Shown in pieces: positions 25,701-35,884 of a stretch of DNA of 64,000 nt. Positions within the stretch are counted from its first letter, which is position 1; the number at the start of each line of letters is the position of its first letter. Below the pieces are notes generated by a model. That model searched no databases. It saw nothing but the letters and a program-made list of their open reading frames with translations, and had not been told where the DNA came from. This stretch comes from Ascidiella aspersa (taxonomy: Eukaryota), in contig OZ004612.1 in assembly GCA_963924565.1 (NCBI GenBank), positions 10,726,001-10,790,000 on the forward strand, in the 5' to 3' direction. The position numbers were made by a program, and so were the translations under genes.

Positions 25701-27071
25701 CTGTGGGCTTCGGCCCAAATGTGGGCCCCTTTTTAGTGGGCTGCGTGCTATATTTTTATAATTTCAGTTTTGTCATGTAGATGTACTTTTCACCGTACTG
25801 TATTTTAAAAATGTTGTGACTAAGAGTTTTTTTTTGCTTTTGCTTGTTCCATCATAGGGCCACCGTACTATGCACCCCCTAAAAACTATACTTTATTAAA
25901 TTGTTTATGCCAAAAGACTATGCATACTATTGCATGTTTGCGCCGTATGGTCGTATAAACGCTACAAAGGTATTTTTATTAAATGAGGCTATAAACTTTT
26001 CGCACTACACGCAAGATTTTTTAAGATCAAGAGTTTTATGACGTAACTTTGTGACGTCATTCGTTTTACATAGTTGGCCTTCAATGGCTCTGGAAAGAGC
26101 ATTTTGGGCAGCGACAAAAAAGGTTTGCCGACCACTGCTCTTCACTTTATATTTTGTATTAATTTAAACTTGAAGCAACATACTTTGATAACGAAACCAA
26201 TGATAATAGAACCCAAAACTAAGGTTTACAAATAAGTTTAAAAAACTTATTTTGTGCGATAAGAACGACAAACCATTGGTATTCCTATACACTTGTGACA
26301 AGACTCTTTTTACATCCCATTTCAGCACGGCCATTCCAAGCACCACGACGTGATTAAGTGTTGGCTGCAAGAGGGTAGACTTCAGTTGGGTGACAGGATC
26401 CTAGCCGCAAACGGAGTCAGCCTTCTCAACATGTCTTACAATGAGTGAGTCCATTTTTAAGTCAAATCAATCCATCTTTGCGATTTACAAATCCTTTCAA
26501 CGCTTTAAACCTATGTCGGTTATAAGCACATTGAACATTATTAAGACAAAGTATATTTTACGACTGTACTGATTAAAAAGCAAGTAAAAGGAATGAATTA
26601 TTTTCTTTATAATGCACAAACTAGCAATATTCCTAGGTCCAAATGTAAAGCGAGGTATTTTTGTCATTCATATTCCTTGTTAAAGAAAAATAATCCTAGG
26701 CAATATTATGTACTCGAAACTGACGATTTAATTCGATTACATTCTTCGCGAATCGCTACAGTTTGTTTAATCTAATGTCGCTGCACAGTGGAGCCTTAGT
26801 AAGATATAATTGCTTTAATAAACAAATGCAGCCTATGATGCATCGTAATTGTTCCTGGTGATTGGGATCCTAGCGTTTTACTATTCTTCTTCTCACACGC
26901 AAAAAAGCGTCCTGGATAATCCGACCGCATTGTCCTTCTTTGCAGTTAATAAACAATTGTTTTGTCGACAGAGCCACAAAGACGGTCCGTCAGGCCGGCG
27001 ACTACGTTCGTTTGTTGGTGGGGAGATGCGGACAAGAGGTTGCTATGAAGATCACCTCTTCCAGCTGCTGA
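10793..27071 (+). CDS. RADIL: Ras-associating and dilute domain protein (RADIL/RASIP1 family; RA-FHA-DIL-PDZ), 17 coding exons, about 1437 aa
   Basis: Phase-consistent GT-AG exons: 10793-10919, 14399-14564, 15416-15597, 16363-17076, 17704-17876, 18914-18993, 19390-20335, 20539-20576, 20906-21055, 21545-21668, 22243-22456, 23141-23313, 23906-24056, 24356-25000, 25409-25620, 26326-26444, 26972-27071 (4314 nt, ends in TGA). RA domain: PGILKIFGDAVSPGANYKSVMAT...HEKPLLLQSYWKPLDGLCRRFEIR. FHA-like: HHCVL...LQHGDMLTIG..CMFMYKDP. DIL: YWMSNSLE, EEVVMYAFQQLVYYLTK, QLFAYLFFFTNISLFNTLME. C-terminal PDZ: GLGVGLVDG...GVFVRSLVPDGP...GRLQLGDRILAANGVSL. The first exon is the least certain. Confidence 0.92.
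11076..11126 (+). repeat. Degenerate fragment of the same tRNA-like repeat family (B-box half)
   Basis: TGACCGGGGTGGTAAGTTCGAACCTCATCACAGGCTAGATTTTTCTAATCT aligns with the minus strand of about 18147-18202. Confidence 0.55.
14095..14331. mobile_element. Inverted pair of a ~100-bp repeat carrying a Penelope-type minimal hammerhead core
   Basis: Plus arm 14233-14331 reads CTGAAGA-T-GATAC AAGCCC GTATC-GAAACGTC...TCGATCTACTCGACCTTTCTGGCTTTGCAATTCATTATCAAG. A degenerate reverse-complement arm lies at about 14095-14158. Confidence 0.6.
14750..15399 (+). repeat. Intronic minisatellite, ~150-158-bp unit, about 4 copies
   Basis: Anchor GTCAGACCCC recurs at 14901, 15054, 15212 and 15362, with shared TTCCACAACAA...AACAGCGATTAGACAAT...GAAACAACCAT...CACCTAAT. 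Confidence 0.85.
18074..18555 (-). mobile_element. TSD-flanked tRNA-related retroposon-like insertion with partial tandem structure (354-bp unit plus 102-bp repeat)
   Basis: Direct duplication CATAACCTAGTTTTA at 18074-18088 and 18541-18555. Identical internal 102-bp direct repeat at 18087-18188 and 18441-18542. Contains a tRNA-like cloverleaf. Confidence 0.8.
18165..18239 (-). tRNA. tRNA-like cloverleaf (pseudo-tRNA / SINE head; nominal anticodon GGC in a non-canonical loop)
   Basis: Minus strand: GCCTGCA-TA-GCTC AGTTGGTA GAGC-GA-CGGTC CCGGCTT GACCG-GAGGTC-GTGAG TTCGAAC CTCAC-TGCAGGC-T. All four stems pair and the A and B boxes are intact, but position 33 is C and position 37 is T. Probably not a decoding tRNA. 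Confidence 0.55.
25687..26137. mobile_element. Non-autonomous hAT-type MITE
   Basis: TIRs CAGTGGTCGGCAAAC / GTTTGCCGACCACTG; 8-bp flanks CTCTACAC / CTCTTCAC (7 of 8 match). Confidence 0.85.
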
Positions 27072-28531
27072 TAGGATCTTGGCCGCTCACGTGATGCCAG
27101 TCAGGCGTGACCGTTGTTCAGTGACGTCAGATAACTGGCAAGACTTGAATAAAGTTGACCAGAGTTAAACCAGAAAGGAGTTCGCGACATTTGCAGAACG
27201 TTCGAGACTGTTTTTATTGGCATTTCGTTTTATAAACTATATTGATCTTTGTAGCTCTACAAGTGTCACCGATTTACGTTTTCTACGATTTTGCTCAAAA
27301 GTTCCATTTTAAGCTACTTGCTTTCAGTCGGAATGTTTTTATGTCATTTTTTTTATTTTAACAAATCAAACTTAAAAACGGGCTTTTTTGATTTTTTACG
27401 CCCTTGAGAGCTTATCGCATGGCTTTTCAATGTCTTCCAGATTTTACGTTGTTTCGTAGTCGAAACGAAATATCCCTTGATCAGGATTTGCAGTTTCCCT
27501 TTTACACAAGTGTTCACAGCGACAGGAAAAGTTTTTATCCTGATTCGCCGTTTAGCTACTTCTACCCCTTTCCAAAGTGCAATGCCCGCTTTGTTACGTC
27601 ACTTACTAGACTGTTACGTCACACTGTTGCTGGTCCGTGAACTTATTTGATCGCGAAAAGTGCTCGTTTTTGCGATAAGTGTTGCACATTCGTTTGGCGA
27701 TTTTACATAAGTGCTTGAAATATGTCTTATATATAAATATTTTCACGCGACATTTCTCAAATATTTTTAAAAAGCTGCAATGTTTGGTAAAACCCAATGT
27801 AAGCTACGTTGAACCTATAACTACCGTTAAACGTTAAGTTCATTTACAGTTTACACAGTAAGTTTGTTTTGGCGTGTTTTTTTATAATTTGTGGAGAACA
27901 AAGTTTAAATTAAAAGTTTTGTATGTCACGACAAAGCCAAAAAGGTTTAATGAGACTTTTACTTGTCACAATTTCCCTTTATAATTACATAACAGAAAAT
28001 TTTAGTCATAAACGCACTTCAATATACTTAAGAGCTTATTTTCTTCATTGGAATTTATTTAATCGTTCCTTTATACACTTTAACAAGTAGCAAACTGTGT
28101 TAAATAAGGGACTTGGTCCCCCCCAAATATACCGCGTAGGTGATAGTTTGAAAAGTTACACAAAAAAAACTAGCGTTCGTTTTTCATACATTGTTTTGAC
28201 GAAAATAACTCTGACATGGTGTTCTTCGCAAAGGGCAATCGTCTTTGATTTCGTTTTGTACTATCTACTTTTCAAACACCAAATGACTGTTTTTCTCGCT
28301 TTTTCATTAAAACTTATTTGAAAAAGTTTTGCTACAGTTTAGAAATTTGTGAATCAGGACACCATATAACTTTTCGATAAACCTAATGGAAACTGCGACA
28401 AAGAGATTCATTTTTCTAACAGCTTTGTTTTACCGAACCTTGCACTTGGTGGTTGTGCAGTACAATGTCACAATAGGAGTTTTACAATAACTTCGTGCAA
28501 TGTTTACTCGTGCCGTTGTTACCTTAGGCTG

Positions 28532-28614
28532 AATCCCCACCAGTTAGTCTTAAATTGCTAATTCCCGCCAGTTAGTCTTAAAACGCTAATTCCCGCCAGT
28601 TAGTCTTAAAACGC
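28532..28614 (+). repeat. 28-bp tandem repeat, 3 copies
   Basis: Unit CCCGCCAGTTAGTCTTAAAACGCTAATT; CAGTTAGTCT occurs at 28541, 28569 and 28597. Confidence 0.9.
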
Positions 28615-29034
28615 TTTAAAGCAGACTGATACGATTAATCAAGTCAAACGCTCGTTTGTTTTATTGTCGCGTCTCCACCGACCAGACACATGGTTGTTTG
28701 GTCAGGTACTTTACTGCGTTAAAAGATAAAGGCTCTGTTAATAATTTTTCACAACAATTAATACAAGTTTTTTTTGGAAATAACGAAACTTCAACCAGTT
28801 ATGCATATCAAACACACACAAAAAGTGAAAGCAACAAGGCGAAAATATATAAAGCGTTCATTTTAGGTAACAAAAGCCTGAAACCATAAGTTGTTTTTCT
28901 AGGCTGGCCTTGCCACGAAAATCCTGATTAGACTGACCGACTTCGATAGGCATTTTTAAGGCATCATGTGTGGTGGGTTTTATAAACGCACAGCGGAGTA
29001 TAAACATTCAATCGAATACAATCTATAGCGATAT

Positions 29035-31962
29035 CTACTCCTGGCTAGTTGCACAGCACCAGCGACGCAATCTTGCTCCCCGGCGGAGTTTAATTTCCTG
29101 CCTGCAGCGGGTAATCTGATTCTGGCACGTCGCCAATTTGTCGAAAGGTGTCGGAGAAACTCGCATTTCCTTGCGAAAAAGTCCGAGGGCACTTCTAAAG
29201 TCAGCCAACTCTAGTTTTTGTACGGCACAGTTCTCGTAACAGTCGGCACACCATATGCTGCTGTAGTCTTTTACCAAGTTCAACGCTTTAGCGGCGCGTT
29301 CGTAATACGTGTATGCTGCATTCTTTTTGTCCTGCCTTTTGTACATGGTGGCTAGACTGTGTAGACAATATCCGTACGTAGTATCATTCGTTTTATCCAT
29401 CAACTTTTCTTTAAATAGCTTTTCACAATACCTGAGTTCTCTTATGTGGTAGGCAATCGCTAAATTGTAATCGTTTTGCATATATGTGCAAAAAGACAAT
29501 TGTGAAAAAGCTACAGCTAATTCCTTGTAACGCCCTGTCACAGCAAAGCCAACGGCGGATATTTCAAAATTCATCACTGCTTCGTCAAATTTGTTTAAAT
29601 TTGTTCGACAAATACCAATGTTGAAATGTGACCTGGAAAGATTTAGTATGCCGACCCACTTGTTGATAGACTTCACTTCAAACGAGACGTCTTCTAGTAT
29701 TGTGGGTTCGCTTTCCTCCTCGGCTAGTTGAAGTAGTGCTTTATATTTGTTCGTGATTACCGGACTGTTCAACAAGTCACAGCATAAGCCCATTTGTAAC
29801 ATAGCGCCTTTATTATTGTTTAACTTTGTGTTACACAATGCCATGTGGGATAAGTAAAATACAGTCCTGAGATCAACAATTTTGTCTTGAGTTAAGCACC
29901 TTTGCAAGAAATATGCTTTATTTAAGTTGTCAGCCGCTTCTTGGTAGAATTCACGAGATTCCAGATTTACGCCGACCAAACCGATTAGTTCCGGTTTGTA
30001 ATATTTATCCGAAAATTGTTCTGACCGTTTTAAACAACTGATTGCGCCATCGTAGTTGGTATTTGATAACTGACAGATTCCTTCAAACAAAAACCAATAC
30101 CACAATTTCGATTTTGGCACGGAGTTGTTCTTTGCGTAACGTTTCACAACCTTATTATAGTAAGCCAAAGCTTTTTCGCCATAGTCTTGTACAAGCAGCA
30201 GACCAACTGTGTAAACGGCCCAACAAAATTCCGGTTCGACAAGTTTATGTGCGTTCTGAGCCAGCTTATTGTCTTCAATTACCGCTAACGCTTTGGCAAA
30301 TTTCACTTGGGAGAAATAGTTGTAAGCAATAAACCAGCAACACTCGAATTTCTTCTGGGAACGTTTGGAGTTGGAAAGTCCCAACATCATCTTATGACAG
30401 ACGTCCAAAGATTTTTGGTACATTTGCAGTGAATAGAATATCGCAATGTCGCCGAGAACTTCATAGCTTCTTACCATGTCGTCTAGCTGGACACCAAATT
30501 TTTTCTTTAGAAATATCTGAAGATCGAAGATAGTTCTAAGGCAATCGACGGCGTTTTCCTCACCCAAAGACCGTAACAGAACGCCGTCGTTTTCGTTTGA
30601 TGCACTGTGAAGATCCACCTGTCGGTCGTTTTCCAAATAGAGATTGAGTCTCACTTCACACGCAAGGGTTACAGCGAACAGCAATCTATCTCGAAATTCC
30701 CCGTCGAAATAGTCGAGTTTGGCCAACTCTCTAATGATCCCAAGCGACGAATTTATTTTCGGCACATGAATTCGGCCCAACGCACTGATAGGTAACGTTA
30801 CGCTGCGGTATACCACTTTTTTAATATCCACGTGTCGCGTGCTGTATTGTGTTTGCTCAAAGTCTGTTTTCCACTTCGTGAGATCATCTTGAATCTGATC
30901 AACGATAAGTTTTCTTGCAATATCATCGCTTTCTCTCTGCAATAGAGTCAAAGACCGGTTCTTAAAATCGTCGAAAATCGCGCGATCTCCCTCTACAAAG
31001 CATGTTTTCGCAAGGATGTCGGAAAGGTGATATCCGTTCTTAATGTCACATTCTCGATTAAGAAAGGTAAGCATTGCTGCGACTGGCTGAATCAGCTCGG
31101 TTTTCCACGGCTTGTCTTGAGTCTCAGCCCGCCCCAGCGGAAACTTGCACGCGTGTGGCATCATTCCATCAAAGGAGATGCCACGAGGCGTGTAGGCGTC
31201 GTAAAAGCTGAAATCCGACTGGTTGTTCAGGTACGGAAGGTACACCGAGGGTATAATCGTTTCTCCGAGACCGATTATAATTAGTTGAAAGATTACCGCT
31301 ACCCATCGAAAATAGTCGAGTACCTTTTGTTGATCCTCTCCTGACTCCACGCTGCTGTCGTCCAGCAAGTAAATATGTTCAAAGTCAGAGTATGGTGTAA
31401 TTTCCTCCCGTGCAAGCGATCCCATTCCAACTAAAGCGTATCGGCAAGGCGGTTCACCTTTTATTTTGACACAATATTGCATTAGATCGCGCATTATGGC
31501 TGTGTATTTTTCCGTAATTTTCTTTTGAATGGTTTCGACGCGCTGTACTCTTTTTTGAGCAGTAAGCTCTTTGTTCATTGTCTTCATTTCTTCACGGGCA
31601 TACTGCCTCATTTCACCCGCTTGTTTCTTAAATAGTTCGATGTGTTCACCTAAATCGGAGATCTGTTTGGCGGTTTCTGCCATTGTAAAGACGTTTAAAC
31701 AAAGATTGCTGAAGTCGCTGTCAATTTCTGCTGTATTTTCAGGTTTTCGCGCACAGGCTGCCTTAAATAGCACCGCGCTTCTTATTAGAGACGTTTGCTT
31801 TTCGTATAAGTCTTTGGATCTCTCTGCCAGTTTGTGGTAGGCCAGCCCCAGTTGATGAATAACGGCCGCCGTCTTTGACACATCTTTTTCCCTCCCACCA
31901 ATAAAACAAAGTTTCCTGAGTTCAGAAGAAATCTTTTCCACGCGCTTTTCATCTTCAGTCAT
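29035..31962 (-). CDS. Nucleotidyltransferase (pol-beta superfamily, GlnD/GlnE/DUF294-like)-TPR repeat protein, about 975 aa, one large coding exon
   Basis: Uninterrupted 2.9-kb ORF; the track starts at TTG 31974, the first ATG is at 31962. Motif CRYALVGMGSLAREEITPYSDFEH fits hG[GS]x(10)DhE. It is followed by a helical region (VDIKKVVYR...LLFAVTLACEVRLNLY) and TPR-like repeats (e.g. SHFNIGICRTNLNKFDEAVMNFE, CLHSLATMYKRQDKKNAAYTYYERA). A 10-nt upstream coding exon at 32348-32357 is possible. Confidence 0.88.
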   Translation of the reverse strand: MTEDEKRVEKISSELRKLCFIGGREKDVSKTAAVIHQLGLAYHKLAERSKDLYEKQTSLIRSAVLFKAACARKPENTAEIDSDFSNLCLNVFTMAETAKQISDLGEHIELFKKQAGEMRQYAREEMKTMNKELTAQKRVQRVETIQKKITEKYTAIMRDLMQYCVKIKGEPPCRYALVGMGSLAREEITPYSDFEHIYLLDDSSVESGEDQQKVLDYFRWVAVIFQLIIIGLGETIIPSVYLPYLNNQSDFSFYDAYTPRGISFDGMMPHACKFPLGRAETQDKPWKTELIQPVAAMLTFLNRECDIKNGYHLSDILAKTCFVEGDRAIFDDFKNRSLTLLQRESDDIARKLIVDQIQDDLTKWKTDFEQTQYSTRHVDIKKVVYRSVTLPISALGRIHVPKINSSLGIIRELAKLDYFDGEFRDRLLFAVTLACEVRLNLYLENDRQVDLHSASNENDGVLLRSLGEENAVDCLRTIFDLQIFLKKKFGVQLDDMVRSYEVLGDIAIFYSLQMYQKSLDVCHKMMLGLSNSKRSQKKFECCWFIAYNYFSQVKFAKALAVIEDNKLAQNAHKLVEPEFCWAVYTVGLLLVQDYGEKALAYYNKVVKRYAKNNSVPKSKLWYWFLFEGICQLSNTNYDGAISCLKRSEQFSDKYYKPELIGLVGVNLESREFYQEAADNLNKAYFLQRCLTQDKIVDLRTVFYLSHMALCNTKLNNNKGAMLQMGLCCDLLNSPVITNKYKALLQLAEEESEPTILEDVSFEVKSINKWVGILNLSRSHFNIGICRTNLNKFDEAVMNFEISAVGFAVTGRYKELAVAFSQLSFCTYMQNDYNLAIAYHIRELRYCEKLFKEKLMDKTNDTTYGYCLHSLATMYKRQDKKNAAYTYYERAAKALNLVKDYSSIWCADCYENCAVQKLELADFRSALGLFRKEMRVSPTPFDKLATCQNQITRCRQEIKLRRGARLRRWCCATSQE

Positions 31963-34904
31963 TTTCAAAGCCAAATTACAAGCTCACACAAAGAAAAATA
32001 CAGTATACCATTCTTCTCTATATTTCTAAATATATTAGAGTAGACATTGTTCGAACTTCTTTTACAACAAGTATAGTTATAGCCTTGCCCTGCTTAATTA
32101 GTCCAACTGGTTTCGGTAAATCCTTTTTCCATAGGCCTACTTAATTATAGCATACCGATTGGGTCAGTAAGGTGTTTCATTTCTCTGAATTGCCAACCTT
32201 AAAGCAACAACGCTTTTTGAACGAAAAATTACACTTGAACAGTTATTAGTGCGCGCACAATATGCAATCAATTATTAACTTTTATTTGTTTAACACACAA
32301 CGTTCCCTCAAAGTTAAACATGTGTGGCGATAAAAAAGTAATCTTACCGTTAGGCATGGCGATGTCTGTTTTTACTGCAATGACTCAAACAACAAATAAA
32401 TCAAATAAATCTAAACAATAAATCAGACAGTTTTACCATAGAGCACTAATGCTCTATGGTTTTACGATATATTTAAATTTCTTAGAGTGCATCGATTTTT
32501 TTTTTAGTTGAAGCAATTTTAAAATTTAAATTTTCTCCGTGAATATTTAACTATATTACTCAGAAGTAAAACAAATCATTGTGATTTAAATAGTTGAAAC
32601 AGAGTGTCGTACGATAACCCAAAAAACAATAATTAAATATACTATATTGAATCACGTATAGGCCCTATAGTTAGGTATTTCTTGTTTTTACTGCAATTAA
32701 TTGTCACTGTAAGTTTTTTGCCTTTCGTTCTTGCGCGCGCATAATGGCGCGACGCATCGCTTAGGCACAATCACTAATTAGGCGCGGTAGTGCGCGCCTC
32801 TCACGTGAAGAATGCAATTAGCTTCTACCCTTTGGGGCCACTTTAGTTTCTATATAAAGCTTTTGTTTTGCGGTGCACTGGTGCAGTCATCACCAACATC
32901 GTTACCGAAGACACTATACGCGCCAGACATCAAACTTTGGAATGTTTTCATTTTTTTCGCAACCTTTGGTTTGTATATGAAGTATTGTGCGCTAAACTTT
33001 TCCTTTTTCGTCTTACAGAAAACCTGTACCTATACTGATATTGCTTTCTACTGTGCGAAAATTGTATGTTCGCAATTGCCATTGATTTCGCAAGCAAGTA
33101 ACAGAAGTGCCGAGTATTACAAAGCTTGATTTCTACAGTCACCGTTTGTAAACTTATTGGGTTTCTTTTTTTTTCGCTTCATTTTCATTTGTCTTTTTAG
33201 CAACACTATACATAATTAAGGTTTTAGCTTAAGGTGACAGCTATATAGCAAGAGTCTCCATTCAAATTGCTTTTACAGCCAATTAAAATGTAACTATAAT
33301 TCGTGTCTCGCAATGGAAAACCTTCGAAATACGAAAATTGAAATCGATAATGAAATAATTTAGACAACAAAGCGCGTCGAGTTCCCACATAAAATGTCCA
33401 ATTAAGCCGCATGCGACCCGCAGGCTGCACGTTTGATACACTCGAACTATACTCTATTTTCTATAGCCAGGGTTAATATCTGCAAGGACCTAAAATTACG
33501 CTACCCTGTAATGACCAGCGCAGATTAAGGATTTTGGTTTCGGGGATGCAACGAAAATTTTAAGAATGATATTACAAACTTATGTCATAAAATAAATATT
33601 CCTAAAAACACCTGTTGTTCTCGAGCGAACTCGTGCGCAAAATGCAGCTCAAAATCATTCTGTCACGCAAAGTGCGAAAAACATTGGGTTTATTTGGCTG
33701 AAATTGGACGAACTTTTTACTTAGAGGAGACGTGACGTTTTTAGGCAAATTAAGGAGATTCAGATATTGTTCGAAAAAACTTTCTCGAATTTGAGTCGCA
33801 TGGCACAACCTTCCGTCGTATGTATAGCGCATTTGGGCTGAATTGATCCCTTAAAATAAAATACTAAAAATTAAAATGTAGTTTTTTGGCCTGGTGCCTC
33901 ACTTGAATCCACCCTATGCTTCCTGGTTGTGACGTAGAGTTTTGTGCCCGTATTTCTTTAATGCAGGCTTTTACTCATTTCTTCTATAGAGAAATTATTG
34001 GATTTACAAATTTCGAATTGTCAAAGTTTTAAATATTATAGGCCTACCATATGTCCTCTTTTCTCAAGAAAAGTGAATCGTCCTCCGAGGACGCTCAAAA
34101 ATGCCCAAATGTCCTCTTTTTGCGCATTTCGAGTTAGTTGCTTATACTTTCAACAATTTTTTTTCCAAGAAAATTACTGCAGCCATGAACATCGCTAGTT
34201 TAAAAAAGGTTTTCCAACAAATTGTAAGTTGATCTCGTTAAAAAAAATATCATTTCTTATTGGCAAAAGTTAAGGGAACCGCAAAGTATTCATGGGCTTA
34301 ATCTGAAAAATAAATTTGATTTGTTGTTTTTGTTTCTACTTTCGTTTTACTTGCCGTCAAAAAATGTCTTCTTTTTTGGTGCTAAAAATATGGTAGCCCT
34401 ACAATAATAGCTCATAATGGGCCTGTCTATGAATCAATAAGTGGTAATCTTTTTTGACTAATAGGTTGTGTAACGTGCTTAATCGGGAAACCGAAAATGT
34501 GCCGAAAAGCCCGAACCCATGCCGTTTAACCGGACAATACTCTTTTGCTTGTGATTTCCAGAGGTAGTATAATTAATGTTAACAACACAAGGTGCTGGCA
34601 TAATTGGATTATATGCAACATTACCACTTTAAACTAAATAAGAAACAACGGGAGTTAAGTTTGAATATCGGGTAAAGGTATCCACTGGATAAAATGGTAC
34701 GACTCCTAGACGTACTTAAACTGAAAAGTTTACCTTATCACAAGGCATAAGCCATCAACCCATTTATATTAACTGGACGAAAGAATACATTGTTATAGTA
34801 AGTTCGACGAAGAACTCAGTAAGATAAAAATCAATGAGACAAACTAAGTATTAACCTAAATATAGGCATTTGTTTAGAAAGTAGGCTATTATTATGTTTT
34901 TGAC

Positions 34905-35439
34905 CAGAGTTTCTCAACCGTGGCCCTCGGCCCCCATGGGGGGGGGGGGGGCACGGAGCGGTGATTGGGGGGGCCACGGGCATAACTCTCAACCTATAGG
35001 TCATGGTATTACAAAAGTTCTTTCGTTTATATTGGGTAATTAAAAAAGATATAAATTATTCGTTTTATCATGGAAAATTCGGATTAACGCAGCCTATCGC
35101 TGTGGCGAAGCAATCAGTGTGCTGCAGCCAATTCAGCCATATATGCGGCGTTAGCTTTTTTTTCCAGCGACTAAAATACTGGCCGATAACCTTCGCCTGA
35201 TCTAAGGTGTCCGTCAAATGCAGTTGGGCGAGCAACAAACGTGTAATGCCAGGTACAGATATATATTTTTTTATTATATAAGAGCGTTAAGTTGCAAACA
35301 AGCATTCAATGGTAAAACGAGAAGTAAAACAAGTAAAAACACGTTAAATACAATGCAGGTATTTTTATAAGCAGGGGGGCCATGTGAGTTAAACGCCAAT
35401 CAAAGGGGACCACGAAGCATAACAGGTTGAGAACCACTG
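34905..35439. mobile_element. Non-autonomous hAT-type MITE
   Basis: TIRs CAGAGTTTCTCAACC / GGTTGAGAACCACTG; flanks TTTTTGAC / TTTTAGAC (7 of 8 match). Confidence 0.75.
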
Positions 35440-35884
35440 TTTTAGACACTGTACTCATAAAAACACAAATATTAGAAATAAGCAAGTGGTAAAGCTGTCT
35501 AGTATAAACTATACCATGTTTCAAAGTCAAGTCAAATTTTCAAATGGTTGAAGTTTTAAATTCGGTATCTTTTGCGATTTATAGAAACTAAAAACAATTG
35601 CTAACTAAAAAACTTGTACATTTAAAACACGGAAAGCGACAAGCATGTGACAAGGACAAATATTCTTGTACATTGACTTTATCAAAGCTATACAAATTTA
35701 GGAGTTAATATTAAACTTTCTATTCCTAGAATGTGAAAAGTGAGGTCAAAGTTATTGATATGAGCGCCATAGTTTTGTAGCGCAGTACTGGCTAAGCTCT
35801 CTTTCCAAATTTACATTATCGACCTTGAAAATAGTCTATGCTTCATTTGCCCAAATTTAAACTTTGTAACAAAATAATTCAAAG

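Noticed and set aside
28532-28614. CRISPR-like 28-bp repeats
   Set aside because: Units are contiguous with no spacers, there are no cas genes, and the context is eukaryotic; it is a minisatellite.
29035-31974. Bacterial contaminant, or a cGAS/OAS-like enzyme
   Set aside because: Flanks are continuous eukaryotic sequence with no operon neighbours, and the motif context (GSLAREEITPYSDFE, IKK helical domain) fits GlnD/DUF294-type NTases better than cGAS/OAS/Mab21.
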